A stretch of 64,000 nucleotides of DNA from Lama guanicoe (GCA_013239625.1 MU054212.1:8641084-8705083); one strand, 5' to 3'; shown: positions 1 through 13,341, counted from the stretch's first letter. The notes: generated by a model not told the origin, from the sequence alone. Numbers and translations: made by a program.

Positions 1-290
1 TGGTGGGGAATCTGGAAACCTTGTCCTGTAAGACAAAATGGAGGTAGTGTGGAGTACTCAGCCGAGAGACTACTTGGTGCCAGGGGTGGGAACTGATGGA
101 GTATCTAAAATGTGTCATGAGGATGACAATGATTCAAACAACAAAACCAGGACACTAGATGGAAGTTAAAGGGATGACTAGTTCGCTGCAATATAAGGAT
201 GGAATTTTTCGCAGTCACAGGTAGTCACAAAGACATGGTTTTCCATGCTGGAAATTCCTCAGCACAGTGTGTTTGAGCAGTAAACTAGCT
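1..290 (+). mobile_element. Ancient CR1/L3-like LINE 3' fragment
   Basis: Degenerate match to CR1/L3 3' motifs (ggaagttaaaggga...gctgcaatataaggatggaattttt...gtgtttgagcag); boundaries approximate. Confidence 0.4.
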
Positions 291-329
291 GTTGTAAGTG
301 GTCATATTTAGTAGTTGGAAATGATAACA

Positions 330-520
330 GCTACTATTATTATCTCTACTTCCTACAACTCTGTAAGGTAAGGAATATTGTCTTCATTTTACAGCTGAGA
401 AAAATGAGGCTCAAAGTGGTTATTTAGAAGGCCCAAGGTCATATATCTAGTAATCGGACAAACCAAGATTCAAATTCAGATCTGATTCTAAATTGCACAT
501 TCATTGCATTATGCATGATG
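330..520 (-). mobile_element. MIR SINE fragment
   Basis: MIR core: caactctgtaaggtaagg...cattttacagctgagaaaaatgaggctca...cccaaggtcatatatctagtaa. Confidence 0.7.
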
Positions 521-789
521 CTGACCTTCCAGTTCACTGTTTCCCATTTCCACCTGTCCACCTTATTTCTACCTGGTTGGCCAGAAGTAAATGCAGAATA
601 ACAAATTCCTTCATTGCTTTATCTACCTCTGATCAAAAGTTGCTTGCAATTTTTTGAAAGAACTCATAAGATCCCTAGAAGGGAAAATGCAAATATGGAA
701 ATATTTGTAAGAGTCAAATTTCTTGAATGTAAATACAAAGATAATACTTTAAACAGATTGGCAACGGCCAATCTATAGAGTGAAATGAA

Positions 790-3350
790 CATACTGTATA
801 TATTTTGAAATCATATAGACTCTTGGAATGTAACTTTTATCAACATGAAATAACCCCTTTATCCCAGAACATGCTTTTTGCCTTATATTCTATTTTGTCT
901 TATATTAATATTGCTATGTGTATTTTTTGTTAACTTTTTCCTGGCCTTTATTTTTCTATGTCATCTTGTTTTAGAGAGATTCAGACATTGCACAGAGATA
1001 ATATAGTTATTTTTTGTAACCACTTGGAATTTTAATAGAATATAGTCCATTCATATTTATTATGATTACTGAAAGGTTCTATTTATTCTTTCAAATTTAT
1101 TATAATTTTTTAGTATTTCTTTTTTCCTTTCCTGCCTTTGATAAGATTAACCAAATTTTGCTTATTCCATTTTGTTCTTTTAGTGGTTTTCCTTCGAAAT
1201 TTAAAGCACATGTTTAAACATATATTTCTGTTGATCAGTATTTTTACCTTCTCCCCTGAAAAGGAAAAGAAGTTTAACAAGCTTTTCTTCCCCCCTTATA
1301 TATCCCTGCCACCATCCATGTCACAATTATCTGGGATTTCAGTTCCAGTAATAAGAATACTGTTAATAATAATAATCACAACTAACATTTCTAGAACAAC
1401 TTATTCTATTCCACAACTTATAAGCATCTTCTAATCTTAACAACATGTTTATGAGGTTACATAAGGTTATGTTACTTTCCAAAGGTAATACGAGTAATAG
1501 TAGAGGTTATATTAATGTTATTCATCAATGCTTATTTAAACTTAATAAGTTTCACTGGTTCCTTTGCTTGTATTTACTGGATCTTTTTAAACTTACTTGT
1601 TTTACTGAATAAATAACTTGAGTGTTTCTTTCTGAAATAGTTTAAGCATATTTCTTATACATTTAACTGTCTTTTTTCTTTCTTTCTTTTTTTTTCTTTT
1701 CCTTTTTTCTTTTTTCTTTTTTCTTTTTTTGCTATCACACTTAAAATACTAGTTTGGCCAGATATAAAATTATGCCTAATATAATTTTCTTTCAGGATTT
1801 GATTTTGTTGAATTAAGCTTCCAAGTTGTTTTTGGAAATCCAGATTCTCATTTCTTTGTGGATATTCTGTTTCTCTCCCTGTCTCTCTCTCTCAGCTGCA
1901 CGTCATTTCATTGTGTGGATGTGCCATAGTTTATTCAACCAATCTTCTACGCATGGATATTCGTTTCCAATGTTTCATAATCACAAACAGTGCTGCAATG
2001 TATATCATTTTGCAGATGCATTTTCAAATTATTGAGGTGTATCTTTAGAGTAAATTCATAGAAGTGGGACTGCTGGGTACAAAGGTAAACTCATGAGATA
2101 TTGCAAAATTCCCCTTCTTCTGCATTCATACCAGCAATGTATAAGAGTATCTGTTTGTCCACACCGAAATAGGTAGAGTCTTTTTATATTTTTTAATGTT
2201 TGCTAATCTGATATGGGAGAAATAGTACCTCACAAGAGTTTTGACTTACATTTCTCTAATTATAAGTGATTTTTAACATCTTTATGTGTGTGAGAATTGT
2301 CTATTCATATTTTTAGTCCATTTTTCTATTGAGTTCTTTGATTACTTTTCTTTAATTAACTCCTTATCTATAATACAGGTTGCAAATGTTTTCTCTCATT
2401 TCATCATTCATGGTTTAACTTTACTTACAGGTTTTCTGTTTCATTATACCATGCAAAGTTTTTTTCTTTTTAAATGTAGTTACATTAATCATTTTTCTTT
2501 TATTGTACCTACATTTTGAGTGATAGTTAGAAAGCCTTTCCCTGTGTCTAGGATTAGTTTTCAGTGTTTCTGTATTTAAGATGGATCTCTCTTCCAGGCA
2601 GTTTTTCCAAGTCACCTCTTCTCCCAAACGATTCTCCACAAAGGACTGCAGTGCAAGCCAGAGAGATAGCGCTGCTGGAACTCACTGTTTATTTTCCTGC
2701 CGACAGATTACTTGGAGTTTGTCATGTTTTCTGTCTCCTAGTTACCCCAAAGGCATCTGTTTCATATGGGTTTTGCTATTGCTGTTGCTCTTATTGGTCT
2801 GCATGCGTTTTGCAGGATATGCGGAGTGATTTGGATTTATGCAGCTGCCATTTCCCTGGGGCTACCTGCAGCTCTCAAGATCATCTTTTAACTCCTTGAA
2901 TAGTATTTTAAATCCCATATTTGATATATCAATTGTGTGACTCTCCTGTGGGCATGTTTCTATGTTCATTGCTTCTTGAGAGAGGATTTGCTTTTGCTTC
3001 TGATAGGCAGTTAAAGGTACTCTCAATCCCAGGCCATCTTAATCCAATGAGGGATAAAGAGAATTTGAAATGGCTTCAGTTCATATGCTGACTGATCTAT
3101 TTCTGGTTCATTCTTACTCCTAGGATGTAGCTCAAGCCAAAGACTTGGAGCTTAGCAAAATCTCTTTCTGGTAGAATCTGAACTCCCATTTTCATTCGTT
3201 CTAGTCAGTGAGTCTACTGAACTCCAGGTTCTGCCTTCAAATATATATCTCTCTTCTATTTTGCCCGGTTCTTCTAGTTTGGTCTCAATGGAAGGATTGG
3301 GTCAACAACTTACTCTGCCATTGTCAAAATACCTTCCATGACATTTTCCT
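790..3350 (-). mobile_element. Mosaic of old L1M LINE fragments
   Basis: T-rich antisense L1 signatures (ttattcaaccaatcttct...gtgggactgctgggtacaaaggtaa...cattcataccagcaatgtataagagt); boundaries approximate. Confidence 0.55.
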
Positions 3351-3369
3351 TGTTTCTTCAAGAATCAAA

Positions 3370-3614
3370 CTGAGACTAAACCTCCAACGACAAGATAAGC
3401 ACCAGGGATGTAATGTACAGCATGATGGCCATGGTTAACACTGCTGTGACACATATGAAAGTTGTGAAGAGAGTAAACCCTAAGAGTTCTCAACACAAGG
3501 GGAAACATTTTTTTTGCTTTCTCTTTTTATTGTATTTTTATGAGATGATGGATGCTAACTAAAATTTTTGAGGTAATTATTTCACAATATATGTAACATG
3601 TTAACAATTAAAAA
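3370..3614 (+). mobile_element. 5'-truncated L1 3'-end fragment with TSD
   Basis: L1 3'UTR motifs (ggatgtaatgtacagcatg...gagagtaaaccctaagagttctca), A tail, direct repeat AAGAATCAAA at 3360-3369 and 3615-3624. Confidence 0.75.
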
Positions 3615-3800
3615 AAGAATCAAAGTAAGGCCAATTTTGCAAATTCATCTGTCCGGACTGTCACTCTTCTCTTATAAGTGAACAGAGGACATCAAGAAAT
3701 CAAGACACTGCCACCAGCCGCATCTGAACATTGCCCTTACTTTTTGTCTGCTAGTGTGGACATGGCTCCTCTTTAAAATGATAAAAGAAAATATACTGAT

Positions 3801-4267
3801 TGCATTAGTTTCTCGTGGCTGCTGTAACAAATTGCCACAAACCAGGTGGCTTAAAACAATAGACATTTATTCTGTCACAGCTCTGGAGGTTACAAAGTCT
3901 AAAATCAAGGTGTTGACAGGGCCATGCTCACTGAGAGGCTCTTGGGGAGAATCCTGCCTTGTCTCTTCCAGCTTCTGATGGCCCCTGGCTTCCCTTGGCT
4001 TGTAGCCATGTCAGTCCCATCTCTGCCTTCTTCACATGACCTTCTTCCCTGGGTCTCTATGTTTTCTGTCTCACATCTCCCTCTCCTGTCTCTTCCGAGG
4101 ACAGTGGTCATTGGATTTAGAGTCCACCCTAAATTCAGGATGGTCTCATCTCAAGATCCTTAACTTAATAATATTTGCAAAGACCCTACTTCCATATAAG
4201 GTCACACTCACGGGTGCTGGGGGTTAGGACGTATATCTTTTTGGAGAACACGCTCCAACCCAGTACA
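3801..4267 (-). mobile_element. MLT1 (MaLR) solo LTR
   Basis: Typical MLT1 start tgcattagtttctcgtggctgctgtaacaaattgccacaaaccaggtggcttaaaacaa...aaatcaaggtgttgacagggcc...tttgcaaagaccctacttccatataaggtcaca. Confidence 0.85.
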
Positions 4268-4289
4268 CTGATCACACACACTGATCATA

Positions 4290-4480
4290 CGCCGGCCACT
4301 GTGATGAAGCCAGGATGAGTCCATTTTGCACTCATAACAACACTATGAATAGATACTATTATTTCACCCAGGTACAAAGGAGGAAACTGAAGTTACACTA
4401 GAAGCTAAGTAACTGGCTCAAGATTTCACATCTAGCAGTTTAAAGATTTGGAATTCAGACCCCCAACAGGCGTTACCCTC
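4290..4480 (-). mobile_element. MIR SINE fragment
   Basis: gaggaaactgaagtt...aagtaactggctcaagatttcacatctagcag...gaattcagacccc. Confidence 0.55.
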
Positions 4481-5565
4481 AATCATGACATTCTAGCACA
4501 TCCTTAGGCATCAGACCTTGTGGAACTGCTACATGCAAGGGGACCAGGACAGAGGACAGCCAGGTCTCATGCTGGAAACCATGGAGAAGAGACTACAAAA
4601 GGGGCACGAGCTGGGGAACCTCCCCGCCACCTCCCCTCAACCCCTCTCCACTTCCTCCGTTCTGTCTCCAGGCTTTTAATGGCTGCTGTTGGTCTCCAGG
4701 TCCCAAGTGAGATGTCTGTCAACTTTTAGGGCCCACACACACTTTAGTTAGGCTTGTTTTCACTGTGAAGATCCGAGGTCTATACAATACTGATCTATTA
4801 AAGCACCTGCTACTTAGGGTCTGCTTGGCATATAGGACAGTGATCCTATGGGAACTTAAAAGCCAATCCTGAGGCACAGCTGGGCAGCCTGGGGATCGGA
4901 GTTGGGAGCCCTCAGGTCCTGAGGCAGCTGAGAGCTGGCTGTCCTCTCCCTCTCCCCCATGGGCCATAAGGCCTCAATCTCTCCTCTTCGCTCCACTCAT
5001 TACTAACTCCACCCCAGCCAGTCCCAGTGGGTTTAGCACCCTCTTTCCATGGCCTCGCCTCCCTCAATGGCTCACTATCCCCTCGTCCTTCTTAGTTCAG
5101 GTTATTGGGAAAGAGAGTCTGTGTGACCCAGCTCCTCTCCCTTTGACATCACACCAGAGTCGTGGGCAGTATGCAAATCGGCAGCCTTAAGCCACGTGCC
5201 CAACCCACCTGGTCAGTCACAGCTAGGAGGAGGGACACATGGAGACTGACACAACATGGGGCCAGTTGCAGGTGCTACAGGTGTGGAAGTCAGTCTGAGG
5301 AGCAGCCTTCTCAGTACAGTGCGGCCACCCCGATGCACTCACCCACACCCCACCCACGAACATAGACCACATTTCACCCACCACGATGTTCCCCTCAGGA
5401 TGAAGCAAATTTGGGTGAGAGACTTAAACCCCTACCCTTTGGTTTCTGACCACAGTCCCAGAATGAGGCCCATTACAGCCCACCCTCACCCTAGCCCACC
5501 ACTGACCCCCTGTGGTCCTTATTCTGAGGCTGGTTCTTGTCCCGTGTGTAGTTCTGCATGGAGCC

Positions 5566-6060
5566 TGCATTATTTTCCTATTGCTGCTGTAACAAATTTT
5601 CACAAACTTAGTGGCTTAAAACAATATAAATGTATCATCTTACAGTTCTGTGGGTTAAAAATCTAATGCAGGTCTTTCTGGGTCAAAGTCAAGGTGTCAG
5701 CAGGACTGTGCTCCTTTCCGGAGGCTCTAGGGGAGAATCCATTTCCTTCCCCCTTCCAGCTTCTACCGGCCACTCTCATCCCTTGGCTTGTAGCTCCTTC
5801 CTCCAGATTCCAAGTCAGTAAAAGAAGTCGAATCCTTCTTACAACACATCACTGTGACCTTCTGCCACTCTCTCCCACTTTTAAGCACCTTGGTGATTAT
5901 ATCAGGCTCACTAGGTTGACTCTCCCAGTTTTAAGGTCAGCAAATCAGCAACCTTAATTCCATCAACCGTAATTCTCCTTTGCCATATAATGTAGCACAT
6001 TCACAGCTTCCTGGGATGAGAAGGTGCACATCTTTGGGGTCCATTATTCCGCCTAACGCA
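5566..6060 (-). mobile_element. MLT1 (MaLR) solo LTR
   Basis: tgcattattttcctattgctgctgtaacaaattttcacaaacttagtggcttaaaacaa...ggaggctctaggggagaatcc...catctttggggtccattatt. Confidence 0.85.
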
Positions 6061-9019
6061 GAGGTCAGCTACATTTCACTAGGTCCTACTATATAGAAGG
6101 GACTGTGGTGGAGCCTCATTGTGCCCCAAAGTAGGTAAAAATTGAGCAGAGAGACGTGGGCCACTAGACAATACATAAATACATACATCTTTACTTACAC
6201 AACACGCATGCACATACCTGTGTGTATACACATACACGCACACAGACAAACAGTGGGCCAGGAATCAGGGATTCAAGATACAACTTATCCAGAACACAGG
6301 GAAGGGGTGTAAAGATCAGCTTTAAGAAGACTGTTTTACTTGGAGTCTGTGACTGGGACTTGATGACTTTAAAAAAGCAATTTCAATAGAGCAATTCTGA
6401 TGGCAGTAAAATGGAACAGAGATTGGGATTGAAAAGGAGGCGAGAAAACCAAGGTCTGGTGGGCACCACTCACAATCCAGAAATTTACAAAAAGGAAAGA
6501 AAGAAACAGGACTGTAGCAAGAGCCTTTTTACCCCAGTTGTTTGTTTCTTTTTGACCCTTCCAAGATCGCGGCCCCACAACATATTTAACCTGGGACCTG
6601 GGAATGCTACAGAATGAGAGGGTTATGGAACCGAAGCACAGAAGCAGAAGACAGCTGCCTGGCTGCTCAGGTGATGAGTGACTCTGCCAGAGTTTAATGG
6701 TACCTGATGCTTGCCTTAATCAGAAAGGACCTAAGTTGCTCTACATACCAGCAGGGGTCCCATCAGCTAACAGACAGCTGCTCAGAAGGACACTGAAGAG
6801 AATTTAAAGAAGGGACTCTTTATAGAGGGTAGTGTTAAGAGAGCTGAGAAGCATGGAGAACCCCTAAATTAAACCCCTAAATCTCAAAGGGCAAGGGGAG
6901 GGAGCTGTCACTGGAACCCAGTGAGAGGTAGAGCCCAGGAGGAAGCTCTCCTTGGTGGGAGCTGAGCAGCCAGGCTGGATCGGGGTGGAGGTTAAGTATC
7001 CCCACCTCTTTGCCTCACCACCATCTGATCTGTGGCCGGTGCCACCCACCGGTGATCCAATTAGAAGCCCGAGGGTAAGACAACCCCTCAGCTAATGCAG
7101 CCTTAGAAGTCAGCCTTTGAGGGCACAGAATGGGAGGGAAGCATGGAGCCAACAGAATATCCATCCCTTACCAGACCCTGGCTTACTCCTATTTCCAGTA
7201 GTTCTAGAAATAACTGGGATTTGGCCAAGCTCTTTGCAGAGACAGCAGCTGCAGAAAGTTTCCGTCCCTGAAACTAGAATCCAGGGCCCCGGCAGCAATG
7301 GAAGGAGACTCCAAGAGAAAAGAGGAAAAAAGGCAACTGGAAGGGAGAAAAGGCAGCTTGGAGGTAGCAGAGGGGCAGAGCAAAGGATGCTCCCTGCTAT
7401 CAAACTATCTGAGGCTACGCCCCAGAGCCTTTGTTTACAAATCAGTGTGTAGAGAGCTGTTTACCCATCTTGAGCACTTGCCCCACATCTGTCATTATTT
7501 TGGATAAACTCACGGAGCCATCCACGCTGCTCCTGGGCCCATTCTCAGTCATATTAAAGCACGTTTTAATTGCCACATTTTCTGCGGCAGAGAAAGGCTA
7601 ATTTGAATGCAGCTTTAAAACCAACAGCAATCAGCAGAGATCCATCAATTAGCATCCGGCATTAAGTGAGGCAGAACATTTGCCAAGGCTCCAAGGGCCT
7701 CTCCACACCTGAACATTCTACAAGGTTCATTCTCTCCGGTTTGAATAATATTCGGAGCTCTTGACTCACAGTCTTGACTGACAGATCGTTTTTCTCAGCT
7801 GCCAAAAGAATAACCAATTTTCCACCGTAACTCTTTTCTAACTCAAACAGTACGGCTCCCACAAAGCTCTTTACTCTGGTACACACCTTTTTTTTTTAAG
7901 GGAAAAGTATCTGCTTCAAATCACTAATTATAATTTATTATAACAACACTTCCCAGGAAGCAGGGTTTTTGCTATAATTAACCACTGAGGAGTAGGTTGG
8001 AGCAACTGTTTCTCTAGTTTCAATCAACTTGTTCAGAATTTGTCACTCCCTTGAAACATAACTCACAATCAGATCTCAATTCAAAATGTTATGGAAGCAC
8101 TGTCAGCTTTATGCTGAATATGTCTTAGTAGTTTTCTCCTTTTCTTCAGAATTTTCTTTACCTTATGCCACTTTGTCTCATTGAGAGGGAAAGATTTTAT
8201 CCTCAAATATGAACGTATTTCTGTCTTTTTTGTGATGACGAAAAGGAAAGCTGGGTATTACAGGTAGGTTTCAGGCCTCTCCCACTGGGCTGTGAGAATT
8301 TTGAAACGTGTAGCTTGACTGGCATTACTACAATCTATCGTAACGAAGAGACCTCTTTTTCATTTTATCCCGTTGTCACTGTCCTGAGGTTTGTGCGGAT
8401 CCTCAGTTTCCTCTTCTATATAGTGGGGATGATAATGTATAGCTTCCAAAATAGCTGTGAAGGTTGAGCGTGATCTAGGTGTTAAACACAGGACTTGGCC
8501 TACAGTAGGCGGTTCTTTTATTCTTTGCCAGGGAGGAGACGCCACATGGCAATGACCCAAGAGAGCGAGAGAGTAAAGCATTTTTGTTGACGGCTGATCT
8601 CTGAGTCCGTGATCGGAACTGCGTGCAATGAACGGTCAACGAGCCAGGCTTCTGGAATCCTCCTTGATCCTTCATTCACCACACAGTTACCAGAACGAAG
8701 TGGTGTTAAAAGATTTGAGTCTCTTGTGGCGACAGTGACGAGCACTTCTCTCCGTCACCTTCCTATCTGGCTGTTTCTGACTTTCAGGTCATTTGGCACC
8801 ATGGACTAAGGTTTTCTTCTTCACAATGAAGTAAGCCTTGAGTCTGAAGAGATTCTCATTCAACAAATTCATGGAAACCTGTGTCTCACCATTTTTCAAC
8901 TTTATCTGTATCATGAGCTCTTAAGTCCTAAAATATGCATTCTTCATTGGTCCTAAGGTCTTAGCCTACTGTTTTCCACTGAGATTTACTGTAGTCCATT
9001 TCCCCCCAAATCAGAATAT

Positions 9020-10358
9020 TTATATATATATTCACCTAAAACCAAGCAGCTACAAGATCAAGAATATCTGCCTCTGCCAGTAATTTAACTGACAGATGGA
9101 ATAAAACTTCACAATCTTTAGACAAAGACAATATAGCCCAGATCCATTACCATGTATTACTTACATGGCCAACATTCAGGAAAAAAATTACTAGAAAATT
9201 TGATCCGTAATCAAGAGGGAAAACAATAAACTAAGGAGACGAATGACTCAGATATTCATATTACCAAACGAGGATTTTAATAAAATAACTACTATGGGGG
9301 GGCGATAAATTAGCAATTATAAACTACTATATACAGAATAGATAACCAACAAGGTCCTACTGTATAGCACACGGAACTATATTCAATATCTTGTAATAAC
9401 CTACAATGAAAAAGAATATGAAAAAGAATATATATATATGTATAACTGAACCACTGTACTGTATACCAGTAACTAATACAACATTGTAAATCTACTATAT
9501 TTCAGTTAAAAAACTAGTACAAATATGTTAAAGAATCTAGAGAAAAATATGCAAGATGGTTGAACAGATGGGAAATTCTGAAAGAGAAAGAGAAACTCTT
9601 AAAAAGAACCAAATGATTCTTTATAGAATTTGAAAATGCAATATCTTACTAAAGAATTCATTGGAGGGCTTAACTGAAGACTGGACACAGAAAAAGAAAT
9701 GATCAGTGAAAAAATCAAAGACAGGTCAATAGGAAGTATCCAAAATGAACTACATAGAGAAAAAAATAATAATAAAAAGCAGAAACAGCTAGACTTGTGG
9801 AACATTTTCAGTCCAATATATATGTATGGAGTCCCAGAAGACAGAATGGGGAAGAGATATATTTAGAGATGGTGAAAGAAATGTTTTGAAAATTGATGAA
9901 ATAAGTAAATCTACATTTAAGAATCTAAGTGAATCCCAAGGAGGATGAGTACAAAGGCATATTACAGTCAAAATTCAGAAAACTAAAGAAAAAGAGAAAA
10001 ATCCTAAAAGCAGCCAGTGTGGAGAGAGGCACACATTACATTCAGAGGAACAATGTCAATAACAACTAACTTCTCATCAGAAGCTATGGAAACCACAAGA
10101 CAGCAGAATGACCTTTTCCAAGTGTTAAAAGAAAATATTAGTCGACTTAGAACTCTATACCCAGTGGAAAAATCCTTCAAAAATGAAGATAAAGTATAGA
10201 CATTTTTAGACCAATAAAAATAGAATCTATTTCCAGCAGAACTACCCTGCAAAAGAACGCTAAAGGGAAATGATCCTAAAAAGACCCAGACCCGTAAGGA
10301 GAGTCCTGGAAATGGTGAAGATGTGGGTAAACATAAAAGACTATTTTAAATGTTTCTC
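9020..10358 (+). mobile_element. Old L1M, ORF1 region (degenerate)
   Basis: Translation at 10017-10199 (ITFRG..TNFSSEAMETTRQQNDLFQVLKE..LRTLYP..SFKNE) resembles the L1 ORF1p C-terminal domain; A-rich. Confidence 0.75.
9296..9512 (+). mobile_element. Younger L1 3'-end fragment nested in older L1
   Basis: aacaaggtcctactgtatagcacacggaactatattcaatatcttgtaataacc...acaacattgtaaatctactatatttca; same family as 19740-19944 and 26898-27290. Confidence 0.8.
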
Positions 10359-10375
10359 TTTGAAAAAACAATTGA

Positions 10376-12070
10376 AGACAAGCTTCTTCTAAAATGTACA
10401 TGGAAAGGCCAAGGGTCTAGAAGAGCCAGAACAGCTTTGACAAGAAAAATAAAGTGGGAGGCATTTTTAGAACTACTATACAGCCACAGTAAACCAGGCA
10501 GAGTGGTACTGCCGGAGGGAGAAACACACAGATCAATGAGAAATTGATCTCACTGAGATCAGATTCAGAGAACCCAGAAACAGACCCATAAAAATTATGC
10601 CCAAACATTTTTTGACAACAGTACAAAGGCAATTCAATGGAGGAAGAATAGACAGTCTAGTCAGCAAAGGGTGCTGGAGCAACTGGCAAAAACAAAACAA
10701 AACAAAAAACCTCAATCTAAACCTCACACCTTACATAAAAAATTATGCATAATGAACCTCAGACTGAAGTGTAAAACTGTAGGAATTTTGGAAGAAAACA
10801 GGAGAAAATCTTTGGAACGTCATTAGTAATTAGCCATGACACCAAAAGTATGATTCCTAAACAAACACACTGATAAATTCAATTTTTCAAAATTAAAACT
10901 TTTTTGCTCTATGATGAAAGACCATAACAGTATGACAAGGCAAGCCACAGACTGGAAGACCATATACGCAAACTCCATATCTGACAGAGGACCTGTATCT
11001 AGAACATTTAAAGAACTCACAAACTCAACAGCAATAAAGCAAGCAACCCAATGAGAAAGTGAACAAAAGACATTAACAGACATTTCACCGAAGAGGATTC
11101 ATGGATGGCAAATAAATGTAAGAAAAGTTGCTCAACATCATTAGCCATTAGAGAGGTGCAAATTAAAACCACATGGAATATCATGACAAATCTATTAGGA
11201 TGACTAAAATAAAAATCATAATAATAAGTTCTGGTGAGGCTGGGGAGAAACTGAATCTGTCATACGTTGCCATTGGGAAAGTAAAATAGAACAACTGATC
11301 TGGAAAGCAGTTTGGCAATTTCTTATAAAACTAAATATATACTGATTATTTGACCCAGCACTTACACATCTGGGACATTTATCCCAGAGAAATGAAAATG
11401 TATGCTCACACAAAAACCTGTATATTAATGTTCATCACAGCTTTATTCATAACAGCCAAAATATGGGAAGAGCCCAAATGTCCTTCAATGAGTAAATGGG
11501 TAAGCAAACTGTGGTTCAAGGGAATACTACGCAGCTATAAAAAGGAGAAAAGTACTGATACGTTATTCATATTGCCTAGACCTCAGGGGTATTATTCTGA
11601 GTGAAAAAAGCTAATCTAAAAAGATTACATCCAAAAAATAAATAAAAACAAAAAGATTACATACAGTATGAGCCCCTTTATACAACATTCTCAAACTGTC
11701 CACATTATAGAGATGGAGGAGAAATTAATGGTTGCCAGAGGATAGGGATTTGGGGTCAGCAGGTGACTATAACATGGTAGTACAAGGGAGTTTCTTGGTA
11801 TTGATGGGACAGTTTTGTGTCTCAACTGTGCACAAATCTATACATGTGGTAAAACTGCATAGAACTGTATATACACACACATACACACTCATCAGTGAAA
11901 ACCGGTGAAATCTGAGTAAGGCACAGTATTTTACCACTATCAATTTACTGGTTTCGATATTGTATAGGTAAGATGTTACCACTGAGGGAAGCTAGGTAAA
12001 AGATACAGAGAATTCTCTGTACTAATTTTGCAACTTCCTATGAGTCCATAACTATTTCAAAAGAAAAAGA
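10376..12070 (+). mobile_element. L1M ORF2 3' part and 3'UTR, inserted into the older L1
   Basis: ORF2 C-terminal remnants (YPREMKMYAHTKTCILMFITALFITAKIWEEPKCPS) and L1 3'UTR; degenerate flanking repeat tttgaaaaaacaattga (10359-10375) / tttggaaaactattga (12071-12086). Confidence 0.8.
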
Positions 12071-12102
12071 TTTGGAAAACTATTGACTGTTTAAAGTAAA
12101 AG

Positions 12103-12195
12103 TGGGGGAGGAGGGTGATAGCTCAGAGGTAGAGCACACGCTTAGCATCCATAAAAAATATAAGTAAATAAATAACAACCTAATAAATAATTAAA
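12103..12195 (+). mobile_element. Vic-1-like SINE, internally deleted
   Basis: Head gggggaggagggtgatagctcagaggtagagc, B-box region missing, TSD TAAAGTAAAAG at 12092-12102 and 12196-12206. Confidence 0.75.
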
Positions 12196-12206
12196 TAAAG
12201 TAAAAG

Positions 12207-13240
12207 CAGTAACAATGTATGGGGGGTTTATAACAAATATGGAAGTAAAATGCACAACAAAAATAGTGCAAAGCAAGAGATGGAATTAAATACAGTTGTA
12301 AGATTCTTATATTGTTTGTGTAGTGGTATATTAATTCAAAGTCAACTGTGATAACTTAAGGATGCACATAATCCCTCGAACAGCCACTAAATATCTATCT
12401 ATCTATCTATCTGTCTGTCTATCAAGCACAATAGCTAAAAAGTAAATAGAAGAGATAAGATGGAATATCAAAAAGTACTTGATTAATTCAAGAGAAAGCA
12501 TGAAACAGGGGCCATGAACAGATGGGACAAATAGAAAACAGGAACAAAATGGTTTAACCCAATCATACCAGTAATTATGGTAACTGTAAATGCACTAGAC
12601 ACTCCAATAAAAGATCATTTGAATTTTATAAAAAAAGGTTGAATTATATGTCATTTGTAAGAGGTACACGTTAAATATAAGGACACAGGTTGGACGCAAA
12701 AGGGTTGAAAGAGCCATGTGACACAAATTCTAACCAGAACAAAGCTGGTGCAGCCATGTCAGTAACAGAGAAAGCAGACTTTAGGACAAGGGTTCTCACC
12801 AATGAAAGAGGAATATTCCATAATGGTGAAAGCATCAATTTTACAGCACATGACAATCCTAAATCTATGCACCCAATAACATGCTTTCACAACCAAAAAG
12901 CTAAAGCAAAAACTGATAGCACTAAAAAAATTCTTCCTCCTTACTTGAATATTTTAACACACTTCTCTCAGTAATCTCTAGAACAAGCAGACGGAAATAT
13001 TAGTAAAGATATGGAAAATATGAACAACACTATCCACCAGGTTGAACTGACATTTACAGAACATGGCACCCAACAATAGCAGAATACACATTCTTTGCAA
13101 GTCCACATGGAATATTCAACAATATAGACTATTTATCGGGCCATTAAGCAAGTCAATGAATTTCAAGCACTGCAATCATAGAGTATGTTCACTGACCACA
13201 ACGTAATTAAACTAGAAATCAATTTTTTAAAAAACAAAAT
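12207..13240 (+). mobile_element. Old L1M, inter-ORF and ORF2 endonuclease region (continuation of 9020-10358)
   Basis: Translation NSNQNKAGAAMSVTEKADFRTR resembles the L1 EN motif NQKKAGVAILISDKIDFK; followed by agaatacacattctttgcaagt...tgttcactgaccacaacgtaattaaactagaaatcaa. Confidence 0.8.
12392..12423. repeat. (TCTA)n/(TCTG)n microsatellite
   Basis: tatctatctatctatctatctgtctgtctatc. Confidence 0.85.
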
Positions 13241-13341
13241 AAGTCTTCACCTATATGTCAGCAGTCTCCCTGCTTCAAGTAACCTAGATGAGATTGTCTC
13301 AGACCCTCATTCTCTATGTATGGAAATCTGATACTCCCTCC

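Noticed and set aside
8480..8770. Locally CpG-richer unique stretch, considered as a possible exon, pseudogene or foreign insert
   Set aside because: No recognisable ORF homology, poly(A)/TSD or splice pattern that I can support
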